Below, piece after piece: positions 30,236-42,339 of a DNA stretch of 64,000 nucleotides. The stretch's first letter is position 1. Each line of letters starts with the position of its first letter. The translations under genes were made by a program, and so were the position numbers. Location: NCBI GenBank assembly GCA_021432655.1, contig MU271192.1, positions 62,001 to 126,000 of the forward strand, in the 5' to 3' direction. The notes under the pieces are model-generated. The model saw only the letters and a list, made by a program, of their open reading frames with translations. It did no database searches and was not told the origin of the DNA. The stretch is from Atractiella rhizophila. Its lineage: Eukaryota.

Positions 30236-32732
30236 ATGCTTTCCCCCTCTCTTTCTAAACTGGCGCACCACCCATCACCTCCCCTGCCGACCCTCGACGA
30301 GGAGTTCCGTAATAAAGTGTTTGTGGACGAGAGGGAGAGGCAAAGGCTTGAATTTCTCGGGGATGGAGTGCTTTATCTTAGGGTGGCAGAGATGCTCTTT
30401 CATTTAGGTGAAAGGGAGGGAAATATGACGGTTAGCTTCCACTTCTGCATTGCCTCGTCTCCCTTGTGATGGCAGAGCCATCTGACGACCCAACGAGGTC
30501 CCTTTCCATATCGATTGCAGACCTGATATCACCGTCTGTCTTCTTACTCAATACTTGTTATCCATTATTCTGTTCTATAGTCAACTATTGCTATGTTTTA
30601 CCGTCTTGCAGCCACGTCTTCGAGCAAAGGTTTGCCTTTGACTTCGCTGGCTTGTATCCTCTTCCCGAGGAAATTTATTCAAGCTCTAGTGTTGTTGGAT
30701 AAGCTGGCGAGATTGATCTGGACACCTCTATCTCTTTTGTCGAGGCACCAGGAACCCTCGCAAAGGACTCTGCTTTGGAGAGAATGCCTACTTGCAGAGT
30801 AGTATACGAGGGTTACAACCTTTAGTCATTAGGGTCTTGCTTATTTACTCTCCTTGTCGTAGAAAATCCGAGAACGTCTTGTCTCCAATCATATGCTAAG
30901 TTGGTTTGCAACCTGTTACGATTTACCATCCCAGCTGGAGCTTACCCCTGCGAATGAGCATCTCAGAAATCGAGAGAAACAAAAAGCAGATGTCTTTGAG
31001 AGGTATGCAGCCCTCACTTTCAGCCTGAACCTGCTGACTACTTCACAAGCTATATTGGAGCAGTTCATCTGTATAGGGGAGAGCAGACTTGCACTACATG
31101 GCTTAGGGACCTTATGCTCCCATATGCGCTGGAAATAAACGACTGGCTCGCTGCCCAAGGTCCACATCGTCCTTGCACGTCTACCACTGTTACCACTTCA
31201 GCTTCAAGATACAATGCCTATGGGACATTTCCAAGAACCCCTATGCCCATCGCGGGAACAAATAAAGAAACGACTACGAAAACTGAAACTACTTTTCATC
31301 CAATCACACTCTGCGGCTTGCGCATCCCATTCCTTTTCTCAAGGAGGACTTACCAAACGATTCCTGAGACTGTGACAGATTGTGATACGGAAGAGAGCTC
31401 CCAGTCTTTAGAAGGCACAACGATGTTGTCACAACCCAGCAACGAGCGACCAACGCTCTGGAACATTGCAGAGAACCAACATGCCCACCAGAGGAAACTT
31501 TCGAGAGCTAGTGCCGTCTCGTTCCCTCTTCCAATCGACGGTGCCCATCTTTCGCCATCTGCATCGCCTTTCGTGCCGACAGCAACAACAGGCGCCGGCT
31601 CCAATTCAGCATCCGATCAATCAACGTCTTCTCTGACTCCCGCTCGGCCTTCTTTGTCCTCCCCTTCTCATGTTTCGAATCCAGCAGCAGCTAACGAGGC
31701 AACGCTCTTTGTGCAAGATCCAGTTGCCTTCTTGAGGCAACACTACCGCAACGCGCTCAAATTTGAGCACTCATCTCAAGGGAGCGGGAATAATGACACT
31801 AAGACCTGGACAACGAACATCTTTTTAGGTCTTGATAAGCAAAAGATTTCGTCCGGCACAGGACGAAACAAAAAAGAAGCCTCTCGAATCGCCGCTGAGC
31901 ACGCTGTAGAAGCCCTGAAGGTGTGTGGGAACCGTTGGCACGGTATTAGTCTGAGACAGTGACAGCTCGTTACACCTGCCGCGGACAAGGAGGGGGTCAT
32001 TGCAGAACCGATGGACCGCTCAGATACAGGTATTGCATCCAACCCATTTCTAGAAACAGCCACCAGCGTTTACTTAAACCCTTCGGTGGTGCCTTTATTC
32101 CCTTCGCCAACATTGTGGTCAATATCGCCGGATAAAGTCCAGAAAGACCCTCCAGGCACCTTTTATCGGCTCTCCCTGTGTGGTGCTTCGCCAAAGGGCA
32201 ATTCCCGACCCAAATTTTTCTTTTGGATCATGAACGACGGCAGATGTTGGGGATTCGGTTCCGGCCACTCAAAAGCTGAGGCTGAACGGAAGGCTCGAGG
32301 AGAAATGACCCACAATATCCAGGTATGTTTCTGCGGCAATCACGTGGCATATCCTGAACTTTGTTGGAGCATGATGGTGTTTCGCTGTCCGCGTTGCGGC
32401 ACATTACACCTAGATGGGATGACAGGGCTTTCAAGCCTGATATCCTCCCCACCGGAACTCGATCGCCGGATGCTTACCAGGAATTGTACAGAGTTTTCGG
32501 AATTGCCCAAGATGAAGTCAAAAGGTTGGTTTTTATAGAGAGACCCCCAGAGTGGGATGGGGGAAACAATTGGACCGTCAAGGTGCGACTTCTTGGGACC
32601 ACCATTGGCGAGGGATTCAGTGAGAGTCGATCTCAGGTTCGTGTCACGATGCACAGCCCAACATTGCTAACAGTGGATTAGGCAAGAATTTTGGCTTCTG
32701 AGATCGCGCTCCGAACCATGGCTGCCCGTTGA
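30236..32732 (+). CDS. Single RNase III domain protein with three putative dsRNA-binding domains
   Basis: QRLEFLGDGVL; after splicing MTKIRERLVSN and KADVFESYIGAV. dsRBD-like ends GTGRNKKEASRIAA, GSGHSKAEAERKA and GEGFSESRSQARILA. Confidence 0.85.
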
Positions 32733-34266
32733 GTGAGCGGGCAGATATTTCCAAGAACCCCTATGCCCATCGTCGGAACAGATAAAGAAACGACTACGAA
32801 AACTGAAACTACTTTTCATCCAATCACACTCTGCGGCTTGCGCATCCCATTCCTTTTCTCAAGGAGGACTTACCAAACGATTCCTGAGACTGTGACAGAT
32901 TGTGATACGGAAGAGAGCTCCCAGTCTTTAGAAGGCACAACGATGTTGTCACAACCCAGCAACGAGCGACCAACGCTCTGGAACATTGCAGAGAACCAAC
33001 ATGCCCACCAGAGGAAACTTTCGAGAGCTAGTGCCGTCTCGTTCCCTCTTCCAATCGACGGTGCCCATCTTTCGCCATCTGCATCGCCTTTCGTGCCGAC
33101 AGCAACAACAGGCGCCGGCTCCAATTCAGCATCCGATCAATCAACGTCTTCTCTGACTCCCGCTCGGCCTTCTTTGTCCTCCCCTTCTCATGTTTCGAAT
33201 CCAGCAGCAGCTAACGAGGCAACGCTCTTTGTGCAAGATCCAGTTGCCTTCTTGAGGCAACACTACCGCAACGCGCTCAAATTTGAGCACTCATCTCAAG
33301 GGAGCGGGAATAATGACACTAAGACCTGGACAACGAACATCTTTTTAGGTCTTGATAAGCAAAAGATTTCGTCCGGCACAGGACGAAACAAAAAAGAAGC
33401 CTCTCGAATCGCCGCTGAGCATGCTGTAGAAGCCCTGAAGGTGTGTGGGAACCGTTGGCACGGTATTAGTCTGAGACAGTGACAGCTCGTTACACCTGCC
33501 GCGGACAAGGAGGGGGTCATTGCAGAACCGATGGACCGCTCAGATAAAGGTATTGCATCCAACCCATTTCTAGAAACAGCCACCAGCGTTTACTTAAACC
33601 CGTCGGTGGCGCCTTTATTCCCTTCGCCAACATTGTGGTCAATATCGCCGGACAAAGTCCAGAAAGACCCGACAGGCACCTTTTATCGGCTCTCCCTGTG
33701 TGGTGCTTCGCCAAAGGGCAATTCCCGACCCAAATTTTTCTTTTGGATCATGAACGACGGCAGATGTTGGGGATTCGGTTCTGGCCACTCCAAAGCTGAA
33801 GCTGAACGGAAGGCTCGAGGAGAAATGACCCACAATATCCAGGTATGTTTCTGCGGCAATCACGTGGCATATCCTGAACTTTGTTGGAGCATGATGGTGT
33901 TTCGCTGTCCGCGTTGCGGCACATTACACCTAGATGGGATGACAGCGCTTTCAAGCCTGATATCCTCCCCACCGGAACTCGATCTCCGGATGCTTACCAG
34001 GAATTGTACAGAGTTTTCGGAATTGCCCAAGATGAAGTCAAAAGGTTGGTTTTTATAGAGCGGCCCCCAGAGTGGGATGGGGGAAACAATTGGACCGTCA
34101 AGGTGCGACTTCTTGGGACCACCATTGGCGAGGGATTCAGTGAGAGTCGATCTCAGGTTCGTGTCACGATGCACAGCCCAACATTGCTAACAGTGGATTA
34201 GGCAAGAATTTTGGCTTCTGAGATCGCGCTCCGAACCATGGCTGCCCGTTGAGTGAGCGGGCAGAT
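31227..34266 (+). repeat. 1520-bp tandem duplication (31227-32746 / 32747-34266) of the three-dsRBD half
   Basis: Near-identical copies at offset 1520 with a few substitutions. Confidence 0.95.
32733..34252 (+). CDS. Duplicated dsRBD-only coding unit (partial gene copy)
   Basis: Same exons and splice sites as 31227-32732, no RNase III domain; first ATG at 32763. Confidence 0.45.
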
Positions 34267-34592
34267 GATCGCATTCAGCAAGGGGCAAACTCGGTGTGAT
34301 ACATCTCAGTTCTGAGTAAATGGCATGCAGATTCCATACCCTTGTAATGCAAGAGGAATGCAATTTCATTGTTAAGATTGCAAACGATGGGAAAACCCAG
34401 CAGAGTGCAGCTATTAGCCTCTCAAGGGTGCGCTTGTGATCAGCCACATAAATGACTAAGCTAAATGCCTGAATGTCAACCATTCATGCTTCCAGGGAGA
34501 CTTGTGGGATGATAGTAATCTTGACAAAGCAAGCACTTTGTGATCCATTGGATAATCCTATTAGATCGAGATCACTAGATCTACTGGCAGCA

Positions 34593-35048
34593 CTGGTGCC
34601 CAGGAGCTGTGTGCAGTCCAGAAAGAGCTGGTCCCTCAGCCCTGGTAGCCGAATATGTAATCTACCAGTCATTGTTAGATTAACAGCTCAGTTTGACCTG
34701 CGAAGCTCACCGAACATTAATTTGAAGCGCGGATGCATCCTTGCGCGCACATTTGCTCTTCCCAGAGCGTTTCCTACGGGAATAGGGACAGCCTAAAAAG
34801 CAAATCAGTGTTTCTCTCAACTGGTGCCCAGGAGCTGTGTGCAGTCCAGAAAGAGCTGGTCCCTCAGCCCTGGTAGCCGAATATGTAATCTACCAGTCAT
34901 TGTTAGATTAACAGCTCAGTTTGACCTGCGAAGCTCACCGAACATTAATTTGAAGCGCGGATGCATCCTTGCGCGCACATTTGCTCTTCCCAGAGCGTTT
35001 CCTACGGGAATAGGGACAGCCTAAAAAGCAAATCAGTGTTTCTCTCAA
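34593..35048. repeat. 228-bp tandem duplication (34593-34820 / 34821-35048) covering the last DNMT exons
   Basis: Apparently identical copies at offset 228. Confidence 0.95.
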
Positions 35049-38000
35049 ATAAGGAATAGCCGTTTACATTTCCAATTGCCATGTGTATACTTCTCCCCTC
35101 CGTGAGCTTTCGACATAGTACAGTAAAGGGCTCACTCTTCCACGTTGCTGGGCTTTTTAATGGTACCGAAGTCATACCAGTCCGGGATCCCTTGCTACTC
35201 CACCATGAGGTCAGTCAAAATCATTATCGGTATAACGTACGGCTCGAGCTTGTTCTCTCACAGTCATGACACGGTTTTGTGTCGAATGAATGCACCTTCC
35301 GAGTTTCAGAGAGGGGTCTCGAAGAGACTTGAGTCGCAGCTCTGACCACAAACGCTGACATACCTATCCTGGTCAGGCTTGTCTGAAAACAGCCCAGTGG
35401 ATCCAGCCTTGCTAACGTATTGCGATAGCCACCATAGGTTGATGCAACTTCAGAATCCTAGACTTCACTGTCGGCAAACCATGTGGAAGAGAAAAGGCAC
35501 CTCACGAGAAATTTGGGCCGAAGCTCCATGGGTAGGGACTCGTGATTTGATGGTAGGTCTGGATGCCCGTGCTTCGCAACGGAGCATATCCGCGCCACCA
35601 TTTTTCTCTGTCGAAACAGTTTAGTCACATGGAGTCTGACTGTTTGATTCGTTCCAGGTGGTCGAATGGATGTTTGGAAGTCATTCATAGGCAAAGTCAA
35701 ATATCCCACATCGTCCTCTCCTACGAAATGGGCACGGATATTTGTGGCATCATATGCCTGGATGTTATCGTCCCTTTGGTAGCCTTCCCCCTTTGGCATA
35801 TTCTTTGGATAACGATATTCGAAAGGAGGGAGGTCGTCGATGGCTTGCTGGACCGTGATTGGACGCAACGGAGCAGACTCGTTCCAGGAATGGGTACGTC
35901 TAGGTGGTGACGGTAGGGGTGACGTTGCGCTCTTCGAAGCACATATGAAGACACGTCGACGAGACTGAGCGGACATATGTCTTCGCAGTCTAGGTGGATG
36001 GTGCACATGGAGACTACGCACCTGTGGCGTGCCAAAATCCAAGGCATTTAGGCCAGGGTATAACGCTACTTGCATCCTAGTATCGTACAGTAAGTGGAGC
36101 AATCGAGAAAGAGGCAGGGCGTACCCCAAAGCCATCAGACATCGCAGCATAAATTTCAGTATCCCTGTCTTGATACCACCTCGAACACGTCCTCCTGCTC
36201 TGGATTGCTGTCCTCCAAGAGAGTGTGCAAGAAGACCGACTACGTTCTCAAAGTACACATAGTCGAAGCGGAAAAGCTCTGCGACGTAATTGAGTGCGAG
36301 CAACAATCGTAACTCGAACTCAGACCGGTGTAGCATAAAGCGGTCAAGGGAAGCGCAGTCCGTGTATCATCCACTGATGCAAATCGATTAAGCCCAGTAA
36401 ACGCTTGACCTGACCAATATCCTCAGTACAAACTTTTGGTTGTCTGAATCTTTACAAGGAGGCCCAAAAATACCTGCAATAAAGCAATCAGAGACACAAA
36501 CACAAGTATCATCAATAGCGGACCAACTTGGAATCTTTCTCGTAAATCTTGCACCACTTCTGATGTCACCTTATCCATAAGTTCGTTCTCCTTGCCAGAG
36601 CTTCTGTCACCAAACATTCGTCGGTTCCATTCCCGCCTCAAGACAGCATTGGCATCCTGAGCAATAACTTTGCCAATATTCTGTCCAAAGAGCCCAGCAG
36701 TGGCAACATGAGCTTCCACCCCCCAATTCTCCTCAGCGTCGATCTTGATAGCGCCAGAAGTCTCAAGCCCGAGCGTATAGCCTCCTAGACCACCGAAAAC
36801 GTCGAGGCTTGGACCGAGCGGTGGGGGGACCTTATATTCTGCAAACAGGACGTCGAATGTGGTTCGACAAGAAATGCACTCGCCTTTTCGATCGACATCG
36901 CCAATGGGAACAAAATGATGTCGCTGAACCTCACACAACGTGTCTCTTAATCGTGCTAGCGTCTCTGCTTCCATTGACGGTGGAATCGTGTCATCAAAGG
37001 TTGGGCAAAGCTTGTGGGCGAAAAAAAAAGTGTCGTCAAAAGATCTATACCGTTGGAGACACTCCTCTCCGATATCGAGAATGTCGGCTGGCTGACAAAC
37101 AACACATTTTCCTCTCAGTCGGGTGGCAGAGGGAAAGAATTCAATATTTGTGAGGACTAGGAGTCGAGAATCGTGAGATGGACCGAATCTTCGACGAGCG
37201 ACTGGCACTTCCGCTCCAAAATGTCGTAAATCCACGGATCGGAGGAGAAGCCGGCACTTGAAAGAGTGAAGTCGCTCTGATGGGACGACATTATCAATGT
37301 CCATAAATGTGAAGTCCCCGTGATATCCGTTGATATCAAGAATTTGGGCAATTAAGAACGGCGGCACTTCTTCCATCATAGCTATCCTAGTTTGATCTAG
37401 GTGAGTGCCTCCGTCAAGATCATCTTCGTCTGATCTTCTAACGCGTTCCCGCGGGCTGGCAATGTCGGTAAGATAAACGTAGTCACCGACGTGATAGCTG
37501 ACACGCCCAACTTCCAGCGCGACTTGGGGAGCTGGCGGAGGATTGGGAACTGGAGCGACGGCAACACGGTTCTGAATTGTTGGTTTGTCGTGATGCTCAC
37601 GTTTACGAGCGCACGAAGCACAACCAGGCTGGCCATTGGAGACGGCATATGGTTGATCTGAGATAGTGATGTTTCTGAACGAGACTTCTTTGGGGTCCCA
37701 GATGTGTCTGGAAGAAGAATGAACATGGGAACAGGCAGCTTCTTGTCGTTCGAGTGACGAACCTGTAGAAGTAGGGCTGATCTGTACAGAATGACTCGTC
37801 AAGATGGTTGTTGGAAAGATCTTGGCACTCTTCTTTGGCGATAGCAAGTGATAATTCGATGTCGCCGCAGTCATTCAAGAGGAAAAGTTCCCTTGGAGAC
37901 GCAAGCTCGTCAAGAAAAGTTTCTGTTCCTACCTGGAGGTCAGCAAAGTCACTGCAATCGGGAAGAGGGACAACCATGGTCCATGTACCGCACTGTTTTA

Positions 38001-41000
38001 GGCATATGTATCATTACTGATCGACAAGCTGAGATTTGACGCACCGTGTAACTTCTCAATCCCCCCAGGCTCTTTAAACAGGTACTCAACCCGTGCCCAA
38101 TGATAGCAACAGCCATCTTCTTCTTCGCTCAAGTTGTCATTCTCGAACAGAAACTCGTCATGCCAAACATCGCGATAGGCAAAACTGTGTCGCTTCCCCC
38201 GTATAATAACAATGGAATTTCGGCTAAGCTTGCTGGACCGTGATTGGACGCAACGGAGCAGACTCGTTCCAGGAATGGGTACGTCTAGGTGGTGACGGTA
38301 GGGGTGACGTTGCGCTCTTCGAAGCACATATGAAGACACGTCGACGAGACTGAGCGGACATATGTCTTCGCAGTCTAGGTGGATGGTGCACATGGAGACT
38401 ACGCACCTGTGGCGTGCCAAAATCCAAGGCATTTAGGCCAGGGTATAACGCTACTTGCATCCTAGTATCGTACAGTAAGTGGAGCAATCGAGAAAGAGGC
38501 AGGGCGTACCCCAAAGCCATCAGACATCGCAGCATAAATTTCAGTATCCCTGTCTTGATACCACCTCGAACACGTCCTCCTGCTCTGGATTGCTGTCCTC
38601 CAAGAGAGTGCGCAAGAAGACCGACTACGTTCTCAAAGTAGACATAGTCGAAGCGGAAAAGCTCTGCGACGTAATTGAGTGCGAGCGACAATCGTAACTC
38701 GAACTCAGACCGGTGTAGCATAAAGCGGTCAAGGGAAGCGCAGTCCTTGTATCATCCACTGATGCAAATCGATTAAGCCCAGTAAACGCTTGACCTGACC
38801 AATATCCTCAGTACAAACTCTTGGTTGTCTGAATCTTTACAAGGAGGCCCAAAAATACCTGCAATAAAGCAATCAGAGACACAAACACAAGTATCATCAA
38901 TAGCGGACCAACTTGGAATCTTTCTCGTAAATCTTGCACCACTTCTGATGTCACCTTATCCATAAGTTCGTTCTCCTTGCCAGAGCTTCTGTCACCAAAC
39001 ATTCGTCGGTTCCATTCCCGCCTCAAGACAGCATTGGCATCCTGAGCAATAACTTTGCCAATATTCTGTCCAAAGAGCCCAGCAGTGGCAACATGAGCTT
39101 CCACCCCCCAATTCTCCTCAGCGTCGATCTTGATAGCGCCAGAAGTCTCAAGCCCGAGCGTATAGCCTCCTAGACCACCGAAAACGTCGAGGCTTGGACC
39201 GAGCGGTGGGGGGACCTTATATTCTGCAAACAGGACGTCGAATGTGGTTCGACAAGAAATGCACTCGCCTTTTCGATCGACATCGCCAATGGGAACAAAA
39301 TGATGTCGCTGAACCTCACACAACGTGTCTCTTAATCGTGCTAGCGTCTCTGCTTCCATTGACGGTGGAATCGTGTCATCAAAGGTTGGGCAAAGCTTGT
39401 GGGCGAAAAAAAAAGTGTCGTCAAAAGATCTATACCGTTGGAGACACTCCTCTCCGATATCGAGAATGTCGGCTGGCTGACAAACAACACATTTTCCTCT
39501 CAGTCGGGTGGCAGAGGGAAAGAATTCAATATTTGTGAGGACTAGGAGTCGAGAATCGTGAGATGGACCGAATCTTCGACGAGCGACTGGCACTTCCGCT
39601 CCAAAATGTCGTAAATCCACGGATCGGAGGAGAAGCCGGCACTTGAAAGAGTGAAGTCGCTCTGATGGGACGACATTATCAATGTCCATAAATGTGAAGT
39701 CCCCGTGATATCCGTTGATATCAAGAATTTGGGCAATTAAGAACGGCGGCACTTCTTCCATCATAGCTATCCTAGCTTGATCTGGGTGAGTGCCTCCGTC
39801 AAGATCACCTTCATCTGATCTTCTAATGCGTTCCCGCGGGCTGCAAATGTCGGTAAGATAAACGTAGTCACCGACGTGGTAGCTGACACGCCCAACTTCC
39901 AGCGCTACTTGGGGAGCTGGCGGAGGATTGGGAACTGGAGCGAAGGCCACACGGTTCTGAAATATTGGTTTGTCGTAATGTTCACGTTTACGGGCGCACG
40001 AAGCACAATCATGCTGGCCATTAGAGACGGCATATGGTTGATCTGAGATAATGATGTTTCTGAACGAGACTTCTTTGGGGTCCCAGATGTGTCTGCAAGA
40101 AGAATGAACACGGGAACAAGCAGCTTCCTGTCGTTCGAGTGACGAACCTGTAGAAGTAGGGCTGATTTGTACAGAACGACTCGTCAAGATGGTTGTTGGA
40201 AAGATCTTGGCACCCTTCTTTGGCGATGACAAGTGATAATTCGATATTGCCGCAGTCATTCAAGAGGAAAAGTTCCCTTGGAGACGCAAGCTCGTCAAGA
40301 AAAGTTTCTGTTCCTACCTGGAGGTCAGCAAAGTCACTGCAATCGGGAAAGGGACAACCATGGTCCATGTACCGCACTGTTTTAGGCATATGTATCATTA
40401 CTGATCGACAAGCTGAGATTTGACGCACCGTGTACCTTCTCCATCCCTCCAGGTTCTTTAAACAGGTACTCAACCCGTGCCCAATGATAGCAACAGCCAT
40501 CTTCTTCTTCACTCAAGTTGTCATTCTCGAACAGAAACTCGTCATGCCAAACATCGCGATAGGCAAAACTGTGTCGCTTCCCCCGTATAATAACAATGGA
40601 ATTTCGGCTACCAATTCTTCAGAGTAGATTGCGGGAGTATTGGTGAGACTGACCTGAGGATATAATCTTTCCACCTAGCTCCCCTTGTCTTTGGAGTGGC
40701 ATAGGCATAGCGCATGCGTTCGTCCCTATCTCGTCCAAGACTATGAGCGCTGTCGAGGTAATATGTACCTTCTTCGGAGTCACCAAAACGTTCCTCTAGC
40801 GATCGACGAACTTCGGACCTCGTGATAGTCATCGTTTCCTCGACAACAGTAACGTCCTCCTCGTCTTTGATGGGAATACGCGCCAGGTTGAAATCATAAG
40901 TGGAGAGATCCGAACCGAAAACAGCGCTCGCAAATTTGGTTACGATGGGCGTGAGGCTATCTCGCAAAGAACGGTGAATATCACACATTGGAGGGTTAGA

Positions 41001-41747
41001 AGACACAAACAAGACCTCTTCGCCAGCATATTCGTTCTTTCTGCGCTGGAAGCGTGCAGTTGAAGCAGGATACTTCTGCCTAATCTGAGAAAATAGGGTA
41101 GTGTTCCTGAGTTCAGAAATGATCTGATCCTGGAACTGAATGATAGTAGGAGCAAGTCTTCGGAAGTCGGTTTCATTTGGCAACGCACAACGTTTTACAA
41201 AAGCCAGAGATAGATCCCAGGGCCACTGATATTTTGCGACGTCTGGATACGTTTCGTCGTTCGGAAGAGATTCCAGAAAATCAACAAACTCGTCGAGACT
41301 TGAATCACATCGTTCAACCATCCAGACGGCAAGGAAGCAGAGCCTTATGACCGGGGCAAATTGGCGCTGATAACCTTTCTTGGGCTTCCGCAGAACATAG
41401 GCCGCTCTCTCACTATGAACAATGAATTGAATACAGGCGTCCTGTTCCGCTTCTTCTGCAAGTCGAATGGTGCAGTCTACACACCGTAAGTTACGAAGGA
41501 CCACTTGCTGGTCAAATTCGCCCAATGGGCAGGCGACGCCTGTACCGTAGATTTCTACCTGGCTGTTGACATCCCAAGGCACCAGAGCCTGACTAAATCG
41601 GAAATCGCAGAGTTCACGCATGAATAATTGATCGTCATCGTCTTGATGTTCAGAGCCAAAAAGATATTCATTTTCAGATTCTTCCGGCATGGCCATGATC
41701 GACTCTGCTTCGCTTGACCAGTCGCTGACATCGCTGGACATGTTCAC
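34864..41747 (-). CDS. DNMT1-type C5 cytosine DNA methyltransferase (RFD, BAH1, BAH2, catalytic domain) with internal duplication
   Basis: RFD-like HSERAAYVLRKPKKGY; BAH1 HGTETFLDELASPRELFL; BAH2 YHVGDYVYL. Motifs: I LDVFGGLGG, IV GPPCQAFTGLNR (spliced), VI FENV, VIII DFGTPQSRRRVFI, IX HSTQNRVMTVREQARAQGIPD, X IGNAVP. Confidence 0.88.
35843..40610. repeat. ~2385-bp tandem duplication (35843-38226 / 38228-40610) of BAH1-BAH2-MTase motifs I-VIII
   Basis: Paired ORFs 36423-37874 and 38808-40259; junction CGGCTA-A-GCTTGCTGG at 38221-38236. Confidence 0.95.
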
Positions 41748-42339
41748 AAAACAAACTTGAAGGTGGGCGAATAGAAGGGAAAATAGTTGTATGGGTGGAA
41801 TCAGGTCTGTGCTGATAGCTGCGCGGTTTGTTTAGGATGCAGTTCGGCAGGAGCTAAGAACCATAGTAAGAACATCGAATGGCCACTCTAATGGTCTCTT
41901 ACATCAATATCGTTCTGTAGAGGAAGTATGCATAACCTGCTTTAATTACTTTAACGGTTCAGTGCCCTCACACTCAACACTCCACGAATCATCTACGCCC
42001 CGGAAATTAAAGCAAATAAGAAACGCGAATGGTATCTATCTCAACCAATGCCAAATAGACTTCCGCGTTTCAAGCACCTGTCCTAAGAGTAAGTTATTCT
42101 TTCGATTGACAACTACTTTTGTTTGGTAATGTTTTGTATGCGGGTGTTCTACCTTTGGTCCCGTCGGCGTTATTCCGGAAGAGGGAAAACTGACGACGAA
42201 GAAGACAAGCAAGGCAAACGTGAAAGCTGATAATTGCGCGTGATAAGCCCAGTGTTACTTGTACAAGGTGAGTACCTTTGCTGTGGCTTCCAGAAAGTGG
42301 GTTAAATCGCATCCAAGTGACTTTGAATGTGCGACTCCA

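Noticed and set aside
36423..36475. Apparent frameshift or loss of methyltransferase motif IV (ORF ends VKIQTTKSLY; unspliced frame reads PPCKDS)
   Set aside because: Two short GT-AG introns flanking an 18-nt exon restore GPPCQAF.
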